31,623 bases of DNA from a virus: the UHGV virus genome UHGV-0098804; one strand, 5' to 3'. The position numbers were made by a program, and so were the translations under genes. Of this stretch, positions 18,300 through 26,074 are shown piece by piece (within the stretch, counting starts at the first letter, position 1; every line of letters begins with the position of its first letter). A model generated the notes under the pieces. That model was not told the DNA's origin. It did not search any database and saw only the letters and a program-made list of their open reading frames with translations.

Positions 18300-18420
18300 T
18301 ACCGATTTGATGCCTTATTGGCGTCTATCGTGTACCAGTGCAATAATGGTGTCAAAGTGGCGCCATAATGGTGTTAATATACAGCCATATTGATATCAAA
18401 TTGACACTGTATCGGCATCA

Positions 18421-18446
18421 AAAAGCCCCAGGCGGGGCTTTTTCTA
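18421..18446. terminator. Bidirectional rho-independent terminator between the par operon and the dam operon
   Basis: aaaaagcccc aggc ggggcttttt: GC stem flanked by an A-run and a T-run; overlaps the dam stop codon. Confidence 0.6.
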
Positions 18447-19349
18447 TTTGAGCGTTGCAATGATATCGTTAGCGACTATTCGCGTGGATGCTTTGCATGA
18501 CACGGACCGCCTGGCTGGCATGTGGTACAGCTTAAAACCGTTTCTTTCGTACAATTCGCGAATTTTTGGCGCGCCACTGTTTGTTATTACTATCTTTGCA
18601 CCGCGCTGGTGGGCCGCCACCAACAGTGATACAAGCCGTTTTTGTTCATCGAAAAGGAAGCTATTTCCTGAATAGCTGGTAAATCCCTCTGTATCTGGCA
18701 GCGGCTCATACGGCGGATCACAAAAAATCACATCGTCTTCACCAGCCGCCTCGATGACACCAGCAAAGTCACCTGATACAAAGGAAGTGTTTTTGAGTAC
18801 GTCATCAGCCAAAAATGCCTCCATCTCTGCATGTGGGAAGTAGGGCGCTTTGTATTTGCCATACCCCACGTTGAACTCGCCATTTTGGTTGTACCGCGTT
18901 ACGCCATTAAAACAGTGACGATTAAGGTACAAAAATGCGGCAGCATGATGTAGCTGGTCATATTTTCCTCTGTTAAATGCCTCACGCACTTCGAGGTAAG
19001 CGTCAGCGTTGTTGTAATTTTTGAAAAAACTATATGACAGCGTGACGAGCGAATGTCCTTCTCGCTGCAATGTCTGATAGAAGTTAATCAGGTCACCGTT
19101 AATATCATTAAGCAGGTTTTGGCGAAATCCTGCATTCGTAAATACGGAACCGCCACCAACGAATGGTTCTATTAACCGCTTACCGTGTGGTAGATGCTCA
19201 AGCACTGTAGGCAATTCTGAGAATTTACCACCTACCCATTTGAATATCGGACGCTCATATTCATCCGGAGTCCGAATGGTGCGCATATAGCTAATTTCAG
19301 CCATCGTATCCTGTTTTTCTATGGCTATGCTTGCTATAGATTTACTCAT
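18444..19349 (-). CDS. dam: DNA adenine methyltransferase (Dam-like, N6-adenine, DPPY motif)
   Basis: FKWVGGK...EPFVGGGSVF...LYLNR...CDPPY align with E. coli Dam motifs (recalled). Preferred start is the ATG at 19349 (MSKSIA), which overlaps the upstream stop by 8 bp; the track start 19445 would overlap the upstream gene by about 100 bp. Confidence 0.85.
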   Translation of the reverse strand: MSKSIASIAIEKQDTMAEISYMRTIRTPDEYERPIFKWVGGKFSELPTVLEHLPHGKRLIEPFVGGGSVFTNAGFRQNLLNDINGDLINFYQTLQREGHSLVTLSYSFFKNYNNADAYLEVREAFNRGKYDQLHHAAAFLYLNRHCFNGVTRYNQNGEFNVGYGKYKAPYFPHAEMEAFLADDVLKNTSFVSGDFAGVIEAAGEDDVIFCDPPYEPLPDTEGFTSYSGNSFLFDEQKRLVSLLVAAHQRGAKIVITNSGAPKIRELYERNGFKLYHMPARRSVSCKASTRIVANDIIATLK

Positions 19350-20022
19350 AGAGCACCCCCTTATTCGCTTCGAAAACTGCCTTTGCGAATCCATGTGGAG
19401 TAGCACTTCGAAAATTAGCCCTGTCAGGCCCTGGTGGCGCGGCATGGATTCTGTTATCTGGCTTGCCTAATGATTCGTCCATTAGGGCATCAGGCATGAC
19501 AAAGCCCTGGCCGCTCCAGAGGCATGTTTTTTTGGTGTAGTTATCTTCCTGACAATATGCAGTGAAGAAGTAAGGGTGAAAGATGTGATCTGGCTTACGC
19601 CAGAATGTCGATATTTTGCTGACCGGATTTTCAATCATGTACGGACAACCGATCATCTTTGCAATGTCATAACACTGCCAGACAACCTGCATTGCTTTGA
19701 ACTGGAAAACCGGATCTTTATTAGCCTTGTCTGAAAACCAGCGCGCGCCGGAAACAGCCAGGTCAGTACACGGTGGGAACCCGGCCAGAAACACGATGCG
19801 CTGCAAATTCTTACGGAGAAAAGCGTATACTTCATCGCTATCGATGATCGCACTAATACGCGTCAGAACGGCACCTGATTGCATCCGCTCGTCACTGGTC
19901 GATAAGTGCTGTGGATCGACGATAGCGGCATCGACACCGTATTCCAGCCAGGGGGCAACCATTGCCCCCGTAAAATCACAAAGACTCACAACAAGCGGTC
20001 GGTTATTATCGTTCTGCTTCAC
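19342..20022 (-). CDS. Short C5-cytosine-methyltransferase-like protein (about 227 aa)
   Basis: [14 protein letters not shown] resembles C5-MTase motif IV (PCQ) and MIENPV resembles motif VI (ENV); weak motif-I-like LCDFTGA. GTG start at 20022 has GGAGG 10 nt upstream and overlaps the rdgC stop; the track ATG at 20094 would lie 88 bp inside rdgC. Confidence 0.45.
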   Translation of the reverse strand: MKQNDNNRPLVVSLCDFTGAMVAPWLEYGVDAAIVDPQHLSTSDERMQSGAVLTRISAIIDSDEVYAFLRKNLQRIVFLAGFPPCTDLAVSGARWFSDKANKDPVFQFKAMQVVWQCYDIAKMIGCPYMIENPVSKISTFWRKPDHIFHPYFFTAYCQEDNYTKKTCLWSGQGFVMPDALMDESLGKPDNRIHAAPPGPDRANFRSATPHGFAKAVFEANKGVLYE

Positions 20023-20911
20023 CGCCAATGGCCTCCACCAGCGCGTTAAACAGTGCAGATAATTCGCCCGTAAAGAGCACGAAATCAGCATCAAATCGTT
20101 GTGCTACATCCTCCCGGTCGATATCGTCGTTCTGGTCATAGAGATCATCACAGAATGTCAGGGCTTTGATACTCATATCATCGTTGACTTTGAACGACGC
20201 GCGGTCCATCCAGTTAATTGCAACGGTCGTAGCTACTTTCCCCGCCTCAATGTGAGACATAATCTCGTCGGACTGTAGATCAACTTTGTTGCAGCGAACG
20301 GCACCACCATTATCGAGCAGACCCTTTAATGTGGCGTCTTCACCTGCTGTAAATCCGGCAGGGAAGCCGTTTTTAAACCACTCGGTCATTGTAATTTCCA
20401 GCGGTTCGCGTGGTGTGAATGGAATGACAGGCAGGCTGCCGAGCGATTTTCGCAATAAAGCCAGCTGGTCCTCTGCTTTTTTGGCGCTGCTTGCCTCAAC
20501 GAATACCAGATGGTTGCTGCGGTCGATCAGGATTTTTGCGAGTGATTTTCTCGTGAAAGCACGAGGAAGAAGAGAGTGAAGCACTTCATCCTTCAGCGAA
20601 TCTTTTTCGGTCTTCTTCAGCTTTCTGTCTTGCTCTTCTTCAAGTTTCAGGATTTTTTTCTGTAACTCTTCTTTGAGTACTTGAGAAGGCAGGATTTTTT
20701 CCTCTCGTTTATGCTGCATCAGAAGAAAACCCTGGTATTCATGGGTGAGGTTGTCGCCAAGAATTGGGGTCCAACCAGCTTTAGCCATATCCTGAGAACC
20801 GCATGGGGTAAACACAAACTTGCTAAGGGCTGCATTTACTTCTGCAGTATCCCAGCTAACTTCGCGTGAAAGACGATAGATGAAGATATTTTTGAAAGCG
20901 ACTGATCTCAT
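20006..20911 (-). CDS. rdgC: Recombination-associated protein RdgC homologue
   Basis: Near-colinear similarity to E. coli RdgC as recalled (FKNxxxYRLSRExS, [31 protein letters not shown], [15 protein letters not shown]). Confidence 0.85.
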   Translation of the reverse strand: MRSVAFKNIFIYRLSREVSWDTAEVNAALSKFVFTPCGSQDMAKAGWTPILGDNLTHEYQGFLLMQHKREEKILPSQVLKEELQKKILKLEEEQDRKLKKTEKDSLKDEVLHSLLPRAFTRKSLAKILIDRSNHLVFVEASSAKKAEDQLALLRKSLGSLPVIPFTPREPLEITMTEWFKNGFPAGFTAGEDATLKGLLDNGGAVRCNKVDLQSDEIMSHIEAGKVATTVAINWMDRASFKVNDDMSIKALTFCDDLYDQNDDIDREDVAQRFDADFVLFTGELSALFNALVEAIGGEAER

Positions 20912-20917
20912 GTCTCA

Positions 20918-20961
20918 CCATTTATGTTAGAAAATACACATTAATTATCTAACACAAATGG
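20918..20961. promoter_or_regulatory. Operator-like imperfect inverted repeat (ccatttatgttagaaaa ... ttatctaacacaaatgg) in the 60-bp gap upstream of rdgC
   Basis: Two arms of about 17 bp around a central acacattaatt; a matching half-site (ttttctaacacaaatca) occurs at 12853-12869 upstream of the capsid-like gene. Confidence 0.4.
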
Positions 20962-20970
20962 GTGCATTTT

Positions 20971-21624
20971 CTATCCTTTCTTGAAATCGAAGTTGCCAGC
21001 AGTGGCCTGAAAGGTTCCCCCTGCCTTGAAAGCTATGTTTCCGTTAGCGGTGACAGCAATATTTTCCCCATTAACATTGATGTTGTTGGCTGATTTGACG
21101 TTAACACTCCCTCCTGCATTCACGATTACATCAGCCGGACCAATGATATATATCTGCCCGGACTCATTCATGCCAATCCTTGAGCCTGCTGCCGTATTGG
21201 CAATTTCATAGCCGCCACCAGCAGTTCGTACTTCAAGAATATTGTTGCGGTGAATAACGAAGTCTTTCGTTGCTGAGATTTGGGGGCGGGGAGGTGCTCC
21301 ATCTACTTCCGGCGGCGTCCAGCCGCTACCATTGCCTGACGCCTCCGGCGCGACGTTTGGAACTCCGCCAGGCGCATCCTGAGCTGCGCCAACTATCATT
21401 GGGCGTCTGGTGTCTATTCGACCGTTAACATCTAAATAAGGAAACTCTACCCAGACAAGGTCACCTTTGACTGTAGGTACAAAAGCGTTCCCGATGGGTA
21501 ACAGGTATTCCGCCCAGGGTAGATCGTCATCAGGAACGCCATTCCAGTCAGGTAAAACACGGACTTGAGCACGCATAAGCCCTGCCGGGTGCACAGTTCC
21601 AACAATTTGCGCTCTACGCTTCAT
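20971..21624 (-). CDS. Baseplate central spike protein (gpV / gp5-like)
   Basis: N-terminal pattern (GTVHPAGLMRAQVRV...LPWAEYLLPIGN...KGDLVWVEF) resembles baseplate assembly protein V; C-terminus is a Gly/Asn/Val repeat typical of a beta-helix spike. Confidence 0.5.
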   Translation of the reverse strand: MKRRAQIVGTVHPAGLMRAQVRVLPDWNGVPDDDLPWAEYLLPIGNAFVPTVKGDLVWVEFPYLDVNGRIDTRRPMIVGAAQDAPGGVPNVAPEASGNGSGWTPPEVDGAPPRPQISATKDFVIHRNNILEVRTAGGGYEIANTAAGSRIGMNESGQIYIIGPADVIVNAGGSVNVKSANNINVNGENIAVTANGNIAFKAGGTFQATAGNFDFKKG

Positions 21625-22601
21625 TTGTTAGGCACTCCCAATATCATTCGTGTTGTGTAGCCTACTCGGTCCTCAAAGTGCGCAACATTTTTTACTATCA
21701 GCTTACGGGGCATTGATTCATCAATGCGGTTTTCCTGGTCATAGCGGTATACGATAATCTCTATTACCATCCCCGGTTTTATATCAGGATTGCCTGCGAC
21801 TTCTATATCCATTTTGGGGACGAGAGACAGCTGCATATTGCGAAGAGTTTCCATATCAGAGTCGGATATATAACGCACTGGGAGTGAGCTATCGCCATAT
21901 TCGACGTAGCCATCGGTCATGGAATACCCAACAAAACGATATTGATTCTTTGCTGTTGTCGCATGTTCCTGTTGGAGTAGGCGCATTTTGGACAAAGTGT
22001 ATTCTGCTTTAGGGTTATTCCCCTCGTAGGTAAATGATGGCGTTTGCTTCATCAGATCATCCAGGGTGTAAAAGTTAAATTCCCCCCGGCATACCCAACA
22101 TAATGCACCTTTGTCTCGCGCTATCTCCGAAAGCATTTTTGACGGTTTGTCACCGGCATTCAGATGATATGTAACTGCGCGTTTTAGCACGCTGCTGGTA
22201 ATTTTAAGCTTGCCGGAATATGCCTTGAATATAGCGTCTGGTGTTTTGTTGGTATGTAAATTTGTGCGCGGGGAGGGGATCTTAAACCTGCGCACGTCTT
22301 CACTGACAGCAATAACGGTAACAACATCACCAGCCAGCATTGCAGACGTAACAAAGAAATCTGTTTTAAAAGTGCCTGCATTACCGTTTGGATCGCCCAT
22401 TTCAGCCACCAGCGATGCACCGTATTTGGCTTTCCAGTCATCAATTACGGTGCCGGTAGCGTCATGAATTTCCAGTTTTAGCAAAGGGGCTTTGAGGCTG
22501 GTTTTTTCTACATATACTGCGGTAAAAATCCAGTCTCGTGGCACTTTGTTATCGTTAATGAGCACTGACTGTAGAAAATATTGTTGTAACTCCTGGGCCA
22601 C
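21621..22601 (-). CDS. Hypothetical baseplate-associated protein (326 aa)
   Basis: Track ORF; 4-bp overlap with the downstream spike gene; no family recognised. Confidence 0.45.
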   Translation of the reverse strand: MAQELQQYFLQSVLINDNKVPRDWIFTAVYVEKTSLKAPLLKLEIHDATGTVIDDWKAKYGASLVAEMGDPNGNAGTFKTDFFVTSAMLAGDVVTVIAVSEDVRRFKIPSPRTNLHTNKTPDAIFKAYSGKLKITSSVLKRAVTYHLNAGDKPSKMLSEIARDKGALCWVCRGEFNFYTLDDLMKQTPSFTYEGNNPKAEYTLSKMRLLQQEHATTAKNQYRFVGYSMTDGYVEYGDSSLPVRYISDSDMETLRNMQLSLVPKMDIEVAGNPDIKPGMVIEIIVYRYDQENRIDESMPRKLIVKNVAHFEDRVGYTTRMILGVPNK

Positions 22602-22604
22602 TTA

Positions 22605-23372
22605 TCACCCCATAGATATCGAGGTTTCGGTAATAATACGTTTTGCGTCCAACTCCCATGCTGTGATCACGTCTGCAATCACACTTATCGGCGCTTGTGT
22701 GGCATAAATACGCTCTTCTCCAATTGGTGCTGAAACATCCGTAAAGCCGACTTCTTTGGCATCCTGTATCGAGCAAATCAGCGGGACCGGAACACGAACA
22801 AGGTGAGTGGTTGCTTCAAATTGTGTACCTGTCATCAGGCGAAGCCGTGCGCCCAGCGAATTACACATCAGACTCATGGTCGCTTTATCAGTTGCCATTA
22901 ACGTAACGTCATACGTCAGAATGGCCTGGGTGTATTCCAGTTCTGCTAAAGGCATTCCGGTATCCGGTTCGCAAAAACTGGCTACTTTTTTGCGGTCAAT
23001 CTGCTGATCATCGTTGATATAATTGATATCCATAGTGCGTGAGATATTGACCAGGGGGAGAGCATCCCGGTTAATGTTCTGGTTTTCAGGTTTTCTCCCT
23101 TGCCCGGCATTTGCGCGACGAACTGCTTTAAGAAACTCGATCGCATTGTCGAAACGGGCCACATAGACACGCTCTGCTGGTGGACGATTCAAGAATGACG
23201 CAAAGCGTTTTTCTTCCGGCGCGGGGGCCACCAGTAAGATATCAGAAAAGATATTGCTGATTAGCGTAGCAAACGCGTTATCCACGTTTTCAAAGCCCGT
23301 GGTCTGGAATTTCCCTGTGCGTGAGGTTTGCCATTCACCTGTTCGCGCCAGGAGGGTTTTATTTGAAGTCAT
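22605..23372 (-). CDS. Hypothetical tail/baseplate protein (255 aa)
   Basis: Track ORF in operon context; overlaps the upstream ORF by 4 bp. Confidence 0.45.
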   Translation of the reverse strand: MTSNKTLLARTGEWQTSRTGKFQTTGFENVDNAFATLISNIFSDILLVAPAPEEKRFASFLNRPPAERVYVARFDNAIEFLKAVRRANAGQGRKPENQNINRDALPLVNISRTMDINYINDDQQIDRKKVASFCEPDTGMPLAELEYTQAILTYDVTLMATDKATMSLMCNSLGARLRLMTGTQFEATTHLVRVPVPLICSIQDAKEVGFTDVSAPIGEERIYATQAPISVIADVITAWELDAKRIITETSISMG

Positions 23373-24160
23373 TCGATCACTCCGTTTTGAGTCGTATCAA
23401 AATTCCTGGCAGGTATGCAGTAGTAAAGCGAACCAACATGCTGTGTGCCGTAGCTAAAAATACGGTGCACGTACCACCAGCGGCGGGCTACGCCGTTTAC
23501 CATCTCTTCATTCCATTCAAGAATTGATCCGACGGGGACGTTATTTGCTGCAATACGCAGAATCAGAACATCATCGGTTAAGCCATCCTGCTCACCGTCT
23601 GCGTCAATCGCATGGAAAGAGTCACGCCCGTCCGGGTTATCCAGCACATAAACGATTTCAGGTTCCTGGTAAGTCAGTTCGCGCTGGTTGTTATCCAGTT
23701 CAGTGAATGACTCTTCTCCTGTTTCGTCGCTGACTACCCCATATGTGCCAACATCTGGTCGATATAAGAGAGCCTGAAACGCGTCTGGGCTGGATTCAAT
23801 AATCAGCATCCAGTCTGCGCGGATTTGGTCGTTAAAGGCTTTATGCCCGTTATAGCGTGCTTTTAGCTGTGGAGTTGGTTCTCTGCCAGCCAGGGAAGGT
23901 GGAAGTATGGCTATATCTGATTCGGCAGCATCCGGAGTAAGGCCAGCGTTGCTATCAGCAAAATTATCATGGCTATCAGCTTTGGCGGCGGGTTGCTCTT
24001 CCAGAATGCTGAATGAATCCGAACCGGTATTGCCATGTTCCGGCGCACCTCCTGCATTCGCTTCAATCGGCGCTGGCGTTTCTCTCTGCGTGCTGTCATG
24101 TTCTGACTCCTTACTTGCCAGGTTTGCATCGTCAGCAAACCATTCGTCAAAACGGCCCAT
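23369..24160 (-). CDS. Hypothetical protein with acidic N-terminal half (about 264 aa)
   Basis: Track ORF 23369..24262; GAGG lies 6 nt before the second ATG at 24160 (MGRFDEW...), preferred over the track start. Confidence 0.45.
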   Translation of the reverse strand: MGRFDEWFADDANLASKESEHDSTQRETPAPIEANAGGAPEHGNTGSDSFSILEEQPAAKADSHDNFADSNAGLTPDAAESDIAILPPSLAGREPTPQLKARYNGHKAFNDQIRADWMLIIESSPDAFQALLYRPDVGTYGVVSDETGEESFTELDNNQRELTYQEPEIVYVLDNPDGRDSFHAIDADGEQDGLTDDVLILRIAANNVPVGSILEWNEEMVNGVARRWWYVHRIFSYGTQHVGSLYYCIPARNFDTTQNGVIE

Positions 24161-24322
24161 AAGCATCCTCAAAGGTCGATCTGTCAGGTATCGAAAGGAA
24201 GATTTTCGGGAGATTGTGATTTTGGATGAAGGAGGGGGAATCCATAAAGTGCACTTGCGCACAGTGCAACAGTGCGCTATAGTTATGGCATTCGGTAATC
24301 ATCACGGAGGATCAAATGACTA

Positions 24323-24625
24323 ATGACCAAAAAAATTAACATAAAGGATTTCAGGGATGCGTGGCTTGATGATTTTTTTGAATTTTCAACACCACATAGA
24401 AAGATACCTCCTGATATTCATATGACATTGTCACGGAAGTTGGACATTATCAATGCCGCAACTACCTGTAAGGATTTAAGATCACCACCAGGTAATCGGT
24501 ATGAGGAACTGTCAGGGAAGCTAAATGGCTATTCATCAGTAAGGGTGAATAAGCAATATAGGTTAATTTTTAAGTGGGTTAACGGAAAGGCCGAGGACTT
24601 GTATCTCGACCCTCACAAATACTAA
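24323..24625 (+). CDS. higB: HigB-like toxin (RelE/ParE superfamily, plasmid-killer type)
   Basis: C-terminal LRSPPGNRYEELSGKLNGYSSVRVNKQYRLIFKW...DLYLDPHKY matches the recalled HigB toxin pattern (PPGNRLE...SIRIN.QWRICF...DYH); toxin-first gene order; GGAGG at 24305. Confidence 0.75.
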   Translation: MTKKINIKDFRDAWLDDFFEFSTPHRKIPPDIHMTLSRKLDIINAATTCKDLRSPPGNRYEELSGKLNGYSSVRVNKQYRLIFKWVNGKAEDLYLDPHKY

Positions 24626-24695
24626 AACAGATACCCGGTTACGGACCGGGTTCTGACCAGAGTCCACTTAATACGCACGCTAGTAAGGGCAAAAA

Positions 24696-25034
24696 ATGAA
24701 ACAGGCAACCAGAAAACCGACGACCGTAGGTGATATCCTTCTGTACGAATACCTGGAGCCGTTAGAGCTGAAGATCAACGAGTTAGCAGAAATACTTCAT
24801 GTTCATCGTAACACCGTAAGTGCTCTTGTTAATAATAATCGTAAGCTAACGATGGATATGGCATATCGCCTGGCAAAAGCATTCGATACTTCTGTAGATT
24901 TTTGGATTAATCTTCAGACCGCAGTAGATCTGTGGGAAGTCGAAAATGATATGCGCGTTCAGGAAGAGTTAAGTCGTATCAATACTGCTGAAAAATTTAT
25001 TTCTCAGCGGAACCTGAATAAAAAAGCAGCCTGA
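24696..25034 (+). CDS. higA: HigA-like antitoxin (XRE-type HTH)
   Basis: HTH region LAEILHVHRNTVSALVNNNRKLTMDMAYRLAKAFDTSVDFWINLQTAVDLW matches the HigA antidote pattern; immediately downstream of higB. Confidence 0.8.
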   Translation: MKQATRKPTTVGDILLYEYLEPLELKINELAEILHVHRNTVSALVNNNRKLTMDMAYRLAKAFDTSVDFWINLQTAVDLWEVENDMRVQEELSRINTAEKFISQRNLNKKAA

Positions 25035-25055
25035 TATAGTAAAATACATACAAAA

Positions 25056-25084
25056 AGCCCACTTAGCAAGTGGGCTTTCCTTTG
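25056..25084 (+). terminator. Rho-independent terminator after higA
   Basis: agcccactt agc aagtgggct followed by ttcctttg. Confidence 0.55.
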
Positions 25085-25090
25085 TAATTA

Positions 25091-25291
25091 ATGAACATTA
25101 AACCTATCCGTACAGAACAAGATTATGAGGCCGCACTGCGTGCGGTCGAACCGATGTTCGATAACGAACCGGAAATGAATACTCCGGAAGGTGATTTCTT
25201 TGAGGTTATGAGTCTTCTCATTGAGGAGTACGAGAAGAAACATTACCCAATTCAGCCACCATCACCTGTTGAATCTTTTAACTATCCATAA
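25091..25291 (+). CDS. Orphan antitoxin-like N-terminal domain ORF (66 aa, no HTH): possible remnant of a third TA module
   Basis: IRTEQDYEAALRAVEPMFDNEPEMNTPEGDFFEVMSLLIEEYEKKHYPI resembles the N-terminal non-HTH domain of E. coli K-12-type HigA antitoxins (recalled). Starts right after a terminator with no SD; the usual C-terminal HTH is absent and an AT-rich gene follows. Confidence 0.4.
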   Translation: MNIKPIRTEQDYEAALRAVEPMFDNEPEMNTPEGDFFEVMSLLIEEYEKKHYPIQPPSPVESFNYP

Positions 25292-25312
25292 TAAAAGTAA
25301 TCAGGATAAGCT

Positions 25313-26041
25313 ATGATGTCAGAAAAAGTTACAGATAATCCGTCTATAAATGAAACAGAACTAAAATCATTTTCTGAAATAATAAAAGATAAAATATTTA
25401 ACAAGGTTTTTGCATATGTTGTCATTTCTTTTCTAATTTTTAACTGGAAGGATATTTTAATTATATTAAAGTCAAAGGACGACATCCTATATACATTATC
25501 TATTGTTTTTGTTGGTGGTAATGTCCCGTTCTTTGATAATTGGATTGTATCCCCGTGGGTTTATCACGTTGTAATCCCATTTGTTTATGGAGTATTTGCA
25601 TCTGTGTTAGCTCCTATTCTCACACTGAAGATATCTAAGCTAACAAGTAAATTATACACTGAAATAAGATATTTGGATGAAGTTGCTGATTATGATAAAA
25701 GAATAGAATTGCAAAGAAAGAAAACAAAGTTAAATCAAGCAACCAATGACGCTAAATATTCAAAACAAATCTTAGATGAAAATGAAAATAAACTTAATGA
25801 CCTAGCTAAGAAACAGCGAGAAATTTGTGGCGCGATAAAACTATTGCATACTGATGTTGGCAGTATTATTGAGCTATATAAAAATAAGGGGGTTAGCATT
25901 GAATCTCCGCAAGATTTATGTGATTTTATAGTCGCTATAAAAAGCACATCATTCTATAATGATGACAAGCATTTTAATAAATTGGTGTCTGATATTTCCA
26001 GTTTGTTTGATAATACTGGAATTGATCTTTCAAAAAAATGA
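25313..26041 (+). CDS. AT-rich accessory gene: multi-pass membrane N-terminus plus C-terminal coiled coil (242 aa), function unknown
   Basis: Track ORF with AGGA SD. Composition is visibly far more AT-rich than the flanks. Hydrophobic segments (FAYVVISFLIFNW; LSIVFVGGNVPFF; VVIPFVYGVFASVLAPILTL) then a charged heptad-like region. Confidence 0.6.
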   Translation: MMSEKVTDNPSINETELKSFSEIIKDKIFNKVFAYVVISFLIFNWKDILIILKSKDDILYTLSIVFVGGNVPFFDNWIVSPWVYHVVIPFVYGVFASVLAPILTLKISKLTSKLYTEIRYLDEVADYDKRIELQRKKTKLNQATNDAKYSKQILDENENKLNDLAKKQREICGAIKLLHTDVGSIIELYKNKGVSIESPQDLCDFIVAIKSTSFYNDDKHFNKLVSDISSLFDNTGIDLSKK

Positions 26042-26074
26042 AAGCCCAGCATAAACTACTAGGCTATGTGTGGT

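Noticed and set aside
19349-19445. Track start at 19445 for the Dam ORF (333-aa form)
   Set aside because: It would overlap the upstream MTase-like gene by about 100 bp; the ATG at 19349 gives the typical 8-bp coupled overlap and leaves the Dam motifs intact.
20022-20094. Upstream ATG starts (20094/20091) for the MTase-like ORF
   Set aside because: They would place 88 bp of the gene inside rdgC; a GTG at 20022 with GGAGG 10 nt upstream gives a conventional short overlap.
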